A stretch of DNA of 32,034 nucleotides from a candidate division WOR-3 bacterium (GCA_965648935.1 CBFGIY010000020.1:1-32034), one strand, 5' to 3'. Positions 8,075-17,041 are shown, counted from the first letter of the stretch. Translations and numbers: made by a program. Notes: generated by a model not told the origin, from the sequence alone.

Positions 8075-9852
8075 GGTTCGGCTCCATCACGGGATAACGA
8101 ATCGCTGGTCGAGCTGTCGGGTGGCACCGGTTCGCCCGGGAAGAAGTACTGCCGGACGAGCTGGCGTGCGATGGGCGCGGCGACGGCGCCGCCGTGGCCG
8201 GCGTTCTCGACGAGCACTGCGAACGCAAGCTGCGGGTCGTCAGAGGGGGCGTACCCGACAAACCAGGCGTGGTCGGGCCGGGGCGGAGCCTGGGCCGTGC
8301 CGGTCTTGCCCGATATTGCGACCTCGCGCATGCGTGCTGCAGCACCTGTGCCGTGTTCGACGACCCGATCAAGTCCGAGCCTGACTATGGCGAGGTCGGC
8401 CTGGCTCACCGGTAGAACGCGTTGCTCGATAGCCGACTGCCAGATCGTTTGGCCGGACAGCATGGCGCGCTCAAGCAGATGAGGACGGCAGGCGATGCCC
8501 CGGTTGCCGATCGCGGCGTATAGCCATGCCATCTGCAGAGGCGTGGCCAGCACTTCGCCTTGGCCGATCGCGAAGTTGAGCAGTGAGCCAGCGCCCCAGC
8601 GGCCGCGGCCGTAGCGGCGGTTCAGCCAGTCGCGCGTCGGAATGTTGCCGGGCTTTTCGCCGGGGATGTCGATGCCGGTGAGCTCGCCCATCCCCAAAGC
8701 TCGGGCGTACAACGTGAGGCTGTCGAGGCCAATTCGCTGTCCAAGCTGGTAGAAGTAGACGTTGCACGACACCGCCAAGGCCTCGATGAGATTGGTCGAA
8801 CCGTGTACGCCCCAGCAACGGAAAGTGCGGTTGCCGTAGCGCAGCGCGCCGGCGCAAGGCTGAAGACGCGTGTCGCGGCTCACCACTCGCCGACGGAGGC
8901 CGGCCAGAGCGGTGACGGGCTTCATCGTGCTGCCTGGCGGGTAGCCTGATGACACGACCCGGTTGTAGAAAGGTTTTGAGGGATTGTCGGCGAGCCGGTT
9001 CCACGCGGTCGGATCGACTCGGTCAAGGAAGAACGCGGGGTCAAACGCAGGGCGCGAAACGAGGCACACAACCGCCCCGGTCTTCACCTCGATGGCAACT
9101 ACCGCGGCGCGCTCGTAACCCTCGGTGAGTCGCCAGGCGAGTTCCTGCATGTCCACGTCGAGAGTCAGGTGGAGGTCAGCGCCCGGTATGGCCGGTTCGG
9201 GTCGCTTCTCGCGCAGTGGGCCGATCTCCTGCCCGCGTGCGTCGACTTCGAGGTACTCGAACCCGGCCCGGCCGCGCAGGAGCTGCTCGTACTGCGCTTC
9301 GATGCCGACACGGCCAACGTAGTCGAATCGGCGCAGGCCCGTGTCGGCCTTGAGTTCGTTGTCGTTCGCCTCGGCGACGTAGCCGACTGCGTGGGCGCAG
9401 GAGCGGCCGAACGGGTAGTACCGCAGGGGGTCCGTGCGCACCGCGACTCCATTGAGTCGAAACGCGTTCTCGGCAAGTCGGGCGACTTCGTCGAATGGTA
9501 GGTTGCGCTTCACAGACACGGGTGAGGGCCACGCCGCTACCGGTCTGAGGCGCGCGCGCAACGCCTCGCCCGAGTAGCCGATGGCGCGGGCAAGTCTCTC
9601 GATGGCCGCGGAGTCAAGCTCAGTCGGCACCGCAGTCGCGGTGTAAGATGGTCTGGAGTCAGCGATTATGCGGCCAGAGCGGTCGAGTATGCGGCCGCGT
9701 GGGGCGGGCCTGATGACCTGGCGGATGCGGTTGCGGTCACTCAGCCTGGCGTAGCGCGAGCCCTGAGCGACTTGCAGTATGCCGAGCCGGAATACGATTG
9801 CCGCAAGCAGCAATGTGAAGACCGCTGCAGTCGGCCTCAGTCTTGATTCCAT
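8071..9852 (-). CDS. mrdA: penicillin-binding protein 2
   Basis: APRGRILDR, YPPGSTMK (SxxK), SCNVYF (SxN), GKTGTAQ (KTG); in mre operon. Confidence 0.95.
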   Translation of the reverse strand: MESRLRPTAAVFTLLLAAIVFRLGILQVAQGSRYARLSDRNRIRQVIRPAPRGRILDRSGRIIADSRPSYTATAVPTELDSAAIERLARAIGYSGEALRARLRPVAAWPSPVSVKRNLPFDEVARLAENAFRLNGVAVRTDPLRYYPFGRSCAHAVGYVAEANDNELKADTGLRRFDYVGRVGIEAQYEQLLRGRAGFEYLEVDARGQEIGPLREKRPEPAIPGADLHLTLDVDMQELAWRLTEGYERAAVVAIEVKTGAVVCLVSRPAFDPAFFLDRVDPTAWNRLADNPSKPFYNRVVSSGYPPGSTMKPVTALAGLRRRVVSRDTRLQPCAGALRYGNRTFRCWGVHGSTNLIEALAVSCNVYFYQLGQRIGLDSLTLYARALGMGELTGIDIPGEKPGNIPTRDWLNRRYGRGRWGAGSLLNFAIGQGEVLATPLQMAWLYAAIGNRGIACRPHLLERAMLSGQTIWQSAIEQRVLPVSQADLAIVRLGLDRVVEHGTGAAARMREVAISGKTGTAQAPPRPDHAWFVGYAPSDDPQLAFAVLVENAGHGGAVAAPIARQLVRQYFFPGEPVPPDSSTSDSLSRDGAEP

Positions 9853-10283
9853 TTCGGAAACAGCACTTGTGCCACGAACCAGTCAGCGAGGGGAATGAAA
9901 GCGAGCGTAAGCGCCACCGATATAGAAGTCGGGAACGGGTCCGGAGGATTCGGGCTGGCGGTCAGTCTCAGAATCCAGCGGATGACAAGCGCGAGTACAA
10001 CCAGCAGGGGTGTTGCCCAAGCGACGCGGTAGATGTAACGTCGGGCAGCACCGGCGAAGTAACCGACTAGCGCGAATGCCGCGGTGTGCAACCCGGCCTG
10101 AGAGAAGGACAGGCTGTCGAAGCAGACGCCCAGGAAACCGGCCAGCAGCACCGCCACAAGCCGGGTCTCGTGGAGGGCGACGACGATGACAGTGACGTAC
10201 GCCAGGTCAGGTGCCGCTTCGTTGATGGCCGACTGGAGCAGGAACAGGACGTAGACAAGGACGAAAGCGGCCGCTGTTCTCAT
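9837..10283 (-). CDS. mreD: rod shape-determining protein MreD
   Basis: Small polytopic membrane protein with PDL and GFLGVCFD motifs, between mreC and mrdA. Confidence 0.85.
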   Translation of the reverse strand: MRTAAAFVLVYVLFLLQSAINEAAPDLAYVTVIVVALHETRLVAVLLAGFLGVCFDSLSFSQAGLHTAAFALVGYFAGAARRYIYRVAWATPLLVVLALVIRWILRLTASPNPPDPFPTSISVALTLAFIPLADWFVAQVLFPKWNQD

Positions 10284-11110
10284 TGAGTGGTTCCACCCTG
10301 CGGTATCAGCGTGTCGGGCGAGCCGATATTATCAAGCCAATCGCTGCCCGGGATGGGTCCGTCAAGACGAAGGACGAGCGCGGTGCGCAGGTGAGAAACG
10401 CGGGCGAAGGGGGTAACGACGACCCGTTGGAGCATGGGGTCGGCACCGGGACCGACCTGGCTGACGATGCCCACTGGCAGGCCGCGGGGGAACACGCCGC
10501 CCAGTCCAGCCGTGACCAGGGTGTCGCCAACTCTGTAGTCGGCGTCCTGAGCGGCGAAGTACACTTGGAGCGCGCCGAGCGGACCAGGACCTGCCAAACC
10601 GGGAGAATCAGTTCGACGGTTCAGGACCGACACGCGGAAGTCAGGGGCGTGCACGCACTCGACCAGCGACTGGGCTGGTCCCACCCGTACTATTTTGCCG
10701 ACGACGCCCTCAGGGGAGAGCACCGGTGCAGCAAGGCGCACGCCGTGCTCTGAGCCGCGGCCGATCACCATGTATTGCTGAAAAGTTGCCAGGTCGCGGG
10801 CGACGACTGGCGCTCTGACAAGCGTCGGGTCGTACGCCTCTTCATTCGTTTCCCGGGTGAGCGTGAGCAGTCGGGCGTTTTCGACCGCGAGCCGTGTGGC
10901 GAGTTCGCTCAGGCGGCGGTTCTCTTCAGCAGATCCGATGAGCCGATCGGCGAGTCCCGCTGCGAGTCGCAATGGGGCCAGGATGACCATCTGTGCCGAG
11001 GCGGCGGCAGCGCGGCGGGTGCGCGCAGGCAAGGCCTGGAGCACGATTCCTCCGAGAACCAGCAGTGCGGCAGCTCGGCCGGGCCAGGTATCAACCAGCG
11101 GGATTTTCAT
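10280..11110 (-). CDS. mreC: rod shape-determining protein MreC
   Basis: N-terminal TM, coiled coil (EENRRL...ENARL), GVVGKIV, GDTLVTAGLGGVFPRGLPVG; start at 11110 or 11125 uncertain. Confidence 0.9.
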   Translation of the reverse strand: MKIPLVDTWPGRAAALLVLGGIVLQALPARTRRAAAASAQMVILAPLRLAAGLADRLIGSAEENRRLSELATRLAVENARLLTLTRETNEEAYDPTLVRAPVVARDLATFQQYMVIGRGSEHGVRLAAPVLSPEGVVGKIVRVGPAQSLVECVHAPDFRVSVLNRRTDSPGLAGPGPLGALQVYFAAQDADYRVGDTLVTAGLGGVFPRGLPVGIVSQVGPGADPMLQRVVVTPFARVSHLRTALVLRLDGPIPGSDWLDNIGSPDTLIPQGGTTQ

Positions 11111-11140
11111 GCAGGCACCAGGCAAGCCCGTCCATGCGCC

Positions 11141-12184
11141 CTACTTCGCGCGCAGGATGAGCTTCTCGTTGACGTGGATGTTCTCGAGGATGCGGCCGGC
11201 GCCGCGGACCACGCTTTCCAGCGGGTTCTCGGCAACGTATACAGGCAGGCTGGTTTCCTCTTTCAGAAGCAGGTCGAGACCACGTAGCAAGGCACCGCCG
11301 CCGGCCATGTAGATGCCGCGGTCGACGATATCGGCAGCCAGTTCGGGCGGCGTCTTTTCTAGCGCAAGACGGACTGCGTCGACGATGAGCGAGACCGGCT
11401 CTTCCAGCGACTCGCGTACTTTGGTGTTGGAGATGCGGATGGTCTTGGGGATGCCGGACACGAGGTCCCGGCCTTTGACGTCCATCGTTTCTTCCTTGCC
11501 GGTCGCGTACGCCGAGCCGATGGCCATCTTAATGCTCTCGGCGGTCTGCTCGCCGATGATCAGGTTGTAGTTCTTCTTGATGTAGTTGATAATCGCCTCG
11601 TCCATTTCATCGCCCGCAACGCGGATGGAGCCGGCGTTGACCACACCGGACAGGGCGACCACGGCGATCTCAGTCGTGCCGCCGCCGATGTCGATTATCA
11701 TGTTGCCGGTGGGCGCTTCGACGGGCAGGCCGACGCCGATGGCCGCGGCGATAGGCTCGGAAACGAGGTAAATCTCGCGCGCGCCCGAGGCCTCAATCGA
11801 GTCGCGCACTGCACGCTTCTCGACCTCGGTGATGCCAGAGGGGACGCAGACGATGACCCTCGGGCGGACGAAAAGCTTCTTGCGCTGGACCATACCGATG
11901 TAGCTCTTCAGCATCAGCTCGACGATGCCGAAGTCGGCGATGACGCCGTCTTTCATCGGGCGAATGGCGCGAATGCCCTCGGGCGTGCGCCCGAGCATTC
12001 GCTTCGCCTCTGCTCCGACCGCAACAACCTCGTGAGTGCCTTCGTCGATAGCCACAATCGACGGTTCGCGCAGTTCGATGCCCTTGCCTTTGACATAGAT
12101 AAGGGTGGAAGAAGTGCCCAGGTCTATGGCGATGTCATTGGAGAAGCGCTCGCCGATGCTCTTGAAGAAGCCGCTGACTGTCAC
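11141..12184 (-). CDS. mreB: actin-like rod shape-determining protein MreB
   Basis: IAIDLGTS, EPSIVA, IRPMKDGVIADF, PSGITEVEKRAV, IDIGGGTTE, AGGGALL. Confidence 0.97.
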   Translation of the reverse strand: MTVSGFFKSIGERFSNDIAIDLGTSSTLIYVKGKGIELREPSIVAIDEGTHEVVAVGAEAKRMLGRTPEGIRAIRPMKDGVIADFGIVELMLKSYIGMVQRKKLFVRPRVIVCVPSGITEVEKRAVRDSIEASGAREIYLVSEPIAAAIGVGLPVEAPTGNMIIDIGGGTTEIAVVALSGVVNAGSIRVAGDEMDEAIINYIKKNYNLIIGEQTAESIKMAIGSAYATGKEETMDVKGRDLVSGIPKTIRISNTKVRESLEEPVSLIVDAVRLALEKTPPELAADIVDRGIYMAGGGALLRGLDLLLKEETSLPVYVAENPLESVVRGAGRILENIHVNEKLILRAK

Positions 12185-12190
12185 GGCGAT

Positions 12191-12218
12191 AGGCTAGTCC
12201 GCGGCAGGCAATAGTCAA
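12191..12218 (-). promoter_or_regulatory. promoter of the mre operon (predicts leaderless mreB mRNA)
   Basis: Minus strand TTGACT (12218-12213), 16 bp, TAGCCT (12196-12191), 6 nt, then GTG start at 12184; no SD. Confidence 0.65.
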
Positions 12219-12418
12219 GCACAGAGCTGTTGACTGTCGCAAGTGTCGGTGATTGTCCGAGTTGCACGCGACTTGCCAGGCGCTTGGCGGGTCCGGCCGG
12301 AGCGGGTTCATAGGCGCGAGGGGCGATCCGACTCGCCGAGCGATTCCCATACGTGGATGGCGGGAGACCGGTGGCGCCGCACAGCAGTCCTGTCGGGCCG
12401 GCGCGTTCTCTGCTTTGC

Positions 12419-12446
12419 TTGACAATGATTCGTCAGACGTCATAAT
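12419..12446 (+). promoter_or_regulatory. promoter of a putative small RNA
   Basis: TTGACA (12419-12424), 16 bp, CATAAT (12441-12446). Confidence 0.7.
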
Positions 12447-12452
12447 GTCCGC

Positions 12453-12512
12453 GGACGCGGTAGCAACCGTCCCAACGGCTCGTGGCCCGGGCATCGTCCG
12501 GGCCACCTTTTT
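12453..12512 (+). ncRNA. putative ~60-nt small RNA (5' hairpin, short linker, intrinsic terminator)
   Basis: Bracketed by a near-consensus promoter and a strong terminator. GGACG (12453-12457) pairs with CGTCC (12468-12472); no ORF fits inside. Confidence 0.55.
12482..12512 (+). terminator. Rho-independent terminator
   Basis: 11-bp stem GTGGCCCGGGC / GTCCGGGCCAC (one G-U) followed by CTTTTT. Confidence 0.8.
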
Positions 12513-12577
12513 GTATATCCTTGGGACACCACAGGCTGGCAATCGGCTGGCACAGGTCGCGCAGCATCAAGATTCAT

Positions 12578-12605
12578 TTGACAAGCAGCAGTCGACGACT
12601 AGTAT
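12578..12605 (+). promoter_or_regulatory. promoter upstream of the rmuC-like gene
   Basis: TTGACA (12578-12583), 16 bp, TAGTAT (12600-12605). Confidence 0.65.
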
Positions 12606-12828
12606 CGGCTCAGGGCCGGTCGGCGAGGAGGCGCCGGGAGGCAGCTTCTGTCTGCCAACCTGTTCGATGAAAGACTCGCCAAGGCCTGCCAAGCCTTGTT
12701 CCAAGGCAGTTCTAGAAAACCTGATTGTCTGTCCGTAAGGTCGGGTGCATCGGTCGGGCCCGAGCTGATTTACAGGCTTTGCGAGACAGACTCGGTAACG
12801 GATGCGACCGCGAAAGGGGTGCTGTGAG

Positions 12829-14193
12829 ATGAGCCTGCTCGTGGTGTTTGGGGCTGTGGCACTGGTGGGTATTGCCGCGTGGATGTGGTCGGGCGCGATG
12901 GTGCGCGCCCGGATGCATCGTCTGATGATGCAGATCGAGATGAAGGCCGAGAGCCTGCAGGCTGCCAATGAGGCCCTGCACGGCCAACTCGACAAGCTGG
13001 ACAGCGCCAACGAAGAGCTGCGGCGCGAGCTGGACAGAGAGAAGGAGTTGCGGATACAGGCCCAGACGCGACTCGAAGAAGCCTCGCGCGGCATCAAGGA
13101 ACAGAAGAGGCTGTTGGACGAAGCGACCGAGAAGCTGAAGAACTCGTTCAGCCGCCTTGCCAACGGCGTTCTCAAGAGCAACAATGAGGTGTTCATCGAT
13201 CTGGCGCGCAAGGCGCTGGAGAGCGTTGTGGGCAAGGCCGAGGGCGGTATCGACCGGCAGCACGCGGAGATGAAAATGCTGGTTGGCCCGATAGCCGATG
13301 CCCTGAAGCGATTCGAGGCCCGCGTTGATGAGCTTGAGACTGAACGGCAGAGGGCTTATGGCAGTCTCGAGGAACAGCTCGCCGGACTGGCGCAGGCGAG
13401 TGAGACCCTGAAGCGCGAGACCGCGGCCCTGGTTGCCGCCCTCAAGCAGACGCCGGGCGGAACGGGGGCATGGGGACAGGTTTCCCTGCGGCACGTGGTC
13501 GAGCTGGCTGGGTTGGCCGAGTTCTGCGAATTCGGTGACCTGGAACCCGCAGCAGAAGGTGAGCGGCCCGACCTGCTGGTGCGGCTGCCCGGGGGGCGGT
13601 CGATCGCGGTCGATGCCCATGTACCGCTGGGTAGCTATCTCGAGGCAATGGAGGCAAGCGATGCGGCGACGCGTACCGCAAAGCTCGCCGAGTACGCATC
13701 CGCCGTGCGCGAGCATCTCGCGCACCTGGGCCCGAACGGTCACGGCGAGGCAGGTAGACCCGATGTCTCCGTGCTGTTCCTTCCCGGAGAGTCTTTCCTG
13801 TCAGCCGCGGTCGAGCAGGACCGTGAGCTCGTGGATGACGGCTTGCGTTCGAAGGTCGTGATGGCGACGCCGGCAACCCTGGTCGCGCTGCTCAAGTCAG
13901 TCGCATTGACCTGGCAGCAGGAGAAGGTGACCGTACGGTCCGAGCAGATACGCGCAGCGGGCAAGGAGCTGTACGAGCGTGTTTCCCGTTTCACGGACCA
14001 TCTTGAGGAAATCGGCGAGGGACTGCGGCGCGCGTCGAAGTCCTACAATGATGCAGTGGCGAACTGGAACACCAGGCTCGTGCCGGGTGCGCGCAGGATG
14101 GGCGAGCTGACTGCGAATGGCGAAGCGACCGATAGCGGTGAGGGGGCTGCGCCTCAGGCGATCGATAGCGTGGTGCAGCAGGTCAGAGTGTAG
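12829..14193 (+). CDS. rmuC: RmuC-family protein (N-terminal membrane anchor, coiled coil, degenerate nuclease-like domain)
   Basis: GAAAGGGG SD-like sequence before ATG 12829; motifs AYGSL, G.WG.V.L..VVELAGL, RPDLLVRLPGG, LFLPGESFLSAA, ATPATLVALLKSVALTWQQE. Confidence 0.85.
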   Translation: MSLLVVFGAVALVGIAAWMWSGAMVRARMHRLMMQIEMKAESLQAANEALHGQLDKLDSANEELRRELDREKELRIQAQTRLEEASRGIKEQKRLLDEATEKLKNSFSRLANGVLKSNNEVFIDLARKALESVVGKAEGGIDRQHAEMKMLVGPIADALKRFEARVDELETERQRAYGSLEEQLAGLAQASETLKRETAALVAALKQTPGGTGAWGQVSLRHVVELAGLAEFCEFGDLEPAAEGERPDLLVRLPGGRSIAVDAHVPLGSYLEAMEASDAATRTAKLAEYASAVREHLAHLGPNGHGEAGRPDVSVLFLPGESFLSAAVEQDRELVDDGLRSKVVMATPATLVALLKSVALTWQQEKVTVRSEQIRAAGKELYERVSRFTDHLEEIGEGLRRASKSYNDAVANWNTRLVPGARRMGELTANGEATDSGEGAAPQAIDSVVQQVRV

Positions 14194-14218
14194 CGCGAGA
14201 CGCGCGGCGATTCCGGCA

Positions 14219-14248
14219 GGCGGCGGGGCAACCCGCCGCCCTGTTCTG
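14219..14248. terminator. hairpin between convergent rmuC and ffh
   Basis: GGCGGCGGG-GCAA-CCCGCCGCC (9-bp stem, GNRA loop), then CTGTTCTG. Confidence 0.6.
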
Positions 14249-14305
14249 TGATCGCTCGGTGGGCAGGGTTCTGCTGCCAGTCAGCAGGCTTCCGTCGTCG
14301 AACGG

Positions 14306-15610
14306 CTAGCGTGGGCGGTACCTGCCGGGCCGGCCGGCTTGGGGCATTCTGCCCGAACCCATCGCGCGGGCCATCTGGCGGGCCTGTGCGAACTCCTTCA
14401 GCAGGCGGTTCACATCGGCAACCGAGCTGCCGGAACCCGCCGCAATGCGACGGCGGCGCGAGCCGTCGATGATGTCCGGGTCGCGGCGTTCGGCAGGGGT
14501 CATTGACTGGATCATTGCCTCCACCTTCGTGAACTCGCTTTCGTCGACATCGATGTTCTGGGCGCCCGGGACCATGGCGAGAAGCTTGGAAAGGCTGCCC
14601 ATCTTCTTGATGCTGCGCAACTGATTGAGGAAGTCGTCGAAGTCGAACTTGCCTTGCAGGAACTTCTTTGCGGTTTCAGCCTGCTGGCGCGGGTCGGTGG
14701 CGGCCTGCACCTTTTCGGCGAGACCTTTCATATCGCCCATCCCAAGAATCCGAGAGGCGATGCGGTCTGGGTGGAATTCCTCGACATCTCCCAGGTGTTC
14801 GCCGGTACCGATGAACAGCACGGGCAGACCGGTCATGTGGCGGACCGAGATGACCGCACCGCCGCGCGCGTCGCCATCGAGCTTGGTGAAGCAGAGCCCG
14901 GTCACCTTCAGACGCGAGCTGAACTTCTCGGCCTGAGTCACGGCGTCCTGGCCGACCATGCCGTCCAGCACGAGCAGGGTTGCGGTCGGGTTCGCCACAT
15001 CCTGTACTGCGGCAAGCTCGTTCATCAGTTCGTCGTCGATGTGAAGGCGACCAGCGGTGTCGATGACGATGACGCCGTTGCCGCGGTCGCGGGCGTGGCG
15101 CAAGGCCTGTCGAGTCGTCGCGACCACGTCGTCAGAAACCGGGAAGAAATCGACTCCGGCACGTTCGGCAACGGAGCGCAGCTGGTCCGAGGCGGCCGGT
15201 CGCGTCGGGTCGCAGGCAACCAGCAGCGGCCGGCGGCCCTTGTAGCGGTGGGCGAGCTTGCCGGCGAAGGTGGTCTTGCCCGTGCCCTGAAGCCCGACAA
15301 GGCTGATGATCGAAGGGTTGGGCGACAGGTCGAGCTTCTGGGCCCTGCCGCCGAGAAGCCTGACCATCTCGTGGTAGAGCGTGACATTGATGAGCTCGCC
15401 GGGCTTGAGGCTGGCCTCAACCTGCTGCTGTTTGACCGCTGTTTCAACCGATCGCACGAAGTGGCCCACGACCTTGAAGTTCACGTCGGCGTCGAGCAGC
15501 ACGGAGCGCACATCGCGCAGTGCCGTGGAGACTTCACCGGCGGACAGGCGACCGTAGCCGAGCAACCTGCGCTGTAGCTGGGTGAACTTGTCGGTCAGAA
15601 GGCCGAACAC
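14306..15610 (-). CDS. ffh: signal recognition particle protein Ffh
   Basis: Start re-placed at GTG 15610 (MFGLLTDKF). LLDADVN, GLQGTGKTT, DTAGR, TKLDGDARGG, M-domain IQSMT..ER..P.II..SRRRRIA.GSG. Confidence 0.96.
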   Translation of the reverse strand: MFGLLTDKFTQLQRRLLGYGRLSAGEVSTALRDVRSVLLDADVNFKVVGHFVRSVETAVKQQQVEASLKPGELINVTLYHEMVRLLGGRAQKLDLSPNPSIISLVGLQGTGKTTFAGKLAHRYKGRRPLLVACDPTRPAASDQLRSVAERAGVDFFPVSDDVVATTRQALRHARDRGNGVIVIDTAGRLHIDDELMNELAAVQDVANPTATLLVLDGMVGQDAVTQAEKFSSRLKVTGLCFTKLDGDARGGAVISVRHMTGLPVLFIGTGEHLGDVEEFHPDRIASRILGMGDMKGLAEKVQAATDPRQQAETAKKFLQGKFDFDDFLNQLRSIKKMGSLSKLLAMVPGAQNIDVDESEFTKVEAMIQSMTPAERRDPDIIDGSRRRRIAAGSGSSVADVNRLLKEFAQARQMARAMGSGRMPQAGRPGRYRPR

Positions 15611-15656
15611 TGGCGCTGTGGTGAGCCCGAACGAAGGTCGGGCTGGGTCGGGGATC

Positions 15657-16310
15657 TCACTTGTCAGCTCCTTTGAGCGCGCGGATGGTCGCTGCATAGT
15701 CCGGGCTCTGGAAGACTGCCGATCCGGCGACGAGCCAGTCGGCGCCAGCCCTTACGATATCGGCGGCGTTCGCTGTGTTGACTCCGCCATCGACCGCAAT
15801 CGCGCAGGGCAGGCACTCGCGCCCGATTCGCTCGCGCAGGCGCGCGATGCGCTCGATTGCCTCGGGCATGAAGGCCTGGCCGCCATAGCCGGGGTACACG
15901 CTCATCACCAGGACCTCATCTACACGTGGCAACAGGTCGAAGACCTGTTCTATCATTGTGCCGGGGTTGAGCGATATGCCGAAGCCCCGGCCAGCGCCGC
16001 GCACGGTTTCGATGCAGCTGTCGAGCATCTCGGTTGCCTCGACGTGTACCGTGATGAGATCGGCAAATGGCGTGAACTTCTCGACCAGCCACTCCGGTTC
16101 GAGCGTCATAAGGTGCGCGTGGACCGGGACGGTGACCGCGGCGCGCACCGCCCGGGCGATGGGCACGCCAAACGACAGGTTGGGCACGAAGTGACTGTCC
16201 ATCACATCGAGGTGTATCGCGTCGGCCCCGGCGCGCACGGCCGCGTCCAGCTCCGCGCCCAGCCGCAACCAGTCGCAGTCAAGTATCGAAACGGACAACA
16301 GCGCGCTCAT
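15657..16310 (-). CDS. rpe: ribulose-phosphate 3-epimerase
   Basis: IHLDVMDSHFVPNLSFG, HLM, VMSVYPGYGGQ, VDGGVN, VAGSAVF. Confidence 0.95.
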   Translation of the reverse strand: MSALLSVSILDCDWLRLGAELDAAVRAGADAIHLDVMDSHFVPNLSFGVPIARAVRAAVTVPVHAHLMTLEPEWLVEKFTPFADLITVHVEATEMLDSCIETVRGAGRGFGISLNPGTMIEQVFDLLPRVDEVLVMSVYPGYGGQAFMPEAIERIARLRERIGRECLPCAIAVDGGVNTANAADIVRAGADWLVAGSAVFQSPDYAATIRALKGADK

Positions 16311-17041
16311 TGTCGGGGGTGGGCGATGATGAGCCCGACGGTATCGCCGGACTTCACGGCCGTGCCATCCTCGGGGTACTGGATGAGCACCATTCCCGGG
16401 GGTTCGTCACTGGCCGCCTCGCGGACTTCGCCGAGCACCAGCCCTTGCGACATCACCAGTCCCTGGGCGGTCTCGATGTTCATCCCCACCAGGTTGGGCA
16501 TCGGGAAGCGGCCGACGCGTGAGGAGACCTGCAGAATGACGGATTCGCCTTCGCGCAGTTCGGTGCCGCCGGCGGGGACCGTGGCAATCACTTGTCCAGC
16601 GGGCAGGTTCTGCGTCCGCAGTGACTCGACGCCGCCGAAAACCAGCCCGGCTTCTTCTATGACCTCGGTCGCCTTGTCCAGAGGCAGACCGGCGACGTAG
16701 GGCACGCGCGTGCGGCCGGCGCCGCGGCTGACATCGAGGCGCACGCCGCGGCCGGGCTTGACCCGCGTGCCCGGGGCCGGTTGCTGGGCGACGACGTGGT
16801 CGGTCTTGACTTCGGCGTTGGGCACGGTGCGCACTTCAATGACGCGCAGTCCTCGTCGGTTGAGCGTCTCTTCTGCAGCAAAGCGGTCAAGACCGATGAC
16901 ATCGGCGACGATCGTGACGCGGCCCTGTCCCACTACGAGTGGCATTATGACCCAATTGAACAGCGCGGCGAGGCCCGCCAGTACCAGAATCACGAGCAGA
17001 AGGGTGCCGATCGCCGACCCTCGGTGGGCCTTGCGTTTCAC
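16307..17041 (-). CDS. membrane-anchored PASTA-domain protein (three PASTA repeats, no kinase)
   Basis: N-terminal TM, then repeats VADVIG / VPYVAG / MPNLVG with V..Q.P..G...V.L.VS pattern. Confidence 0.88.
   Translation of the reverse strand: MKRKAHRGSAIGTLLLVILVLAGLAALFNWVIMPLVVGQGRVTIVADVIGLDRFAAEETLNRRGLRVIEVRTVPNAEVKTDHVVAQQPAPGTRVKPGRGVRLDVSRGAGRTRVPYVAGLPLDKATEVIEEAGLVFGGVESLRTQNLPAGQVIATVPAGGTELREGESVILQVSSRVGRFPMPNLVGMNIETAQGLVMSQGLVLGEVREAASDEPPGMVLIQYPEDGTAVKSGDTVGLIIAHPRQ

Noticed and set aside
12230..12257. Additional TTGACT on + strand
   Set aside because: No acceptable -10 box at 16-18 bp
12253..12738. 161-aa ORF across the mreB-rmuC spacer
   Set aside because: No SD or motif, and it runs through two promoters and an intrinsic terminator
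12712..13743. 343-aa minus-strand ORF (likewise 15582..16700+, 20895..21929+, 22873..24060-, 14654..15577+)
   Set aside because: All lie opposite well-supported genes and lack motifs or translation signals
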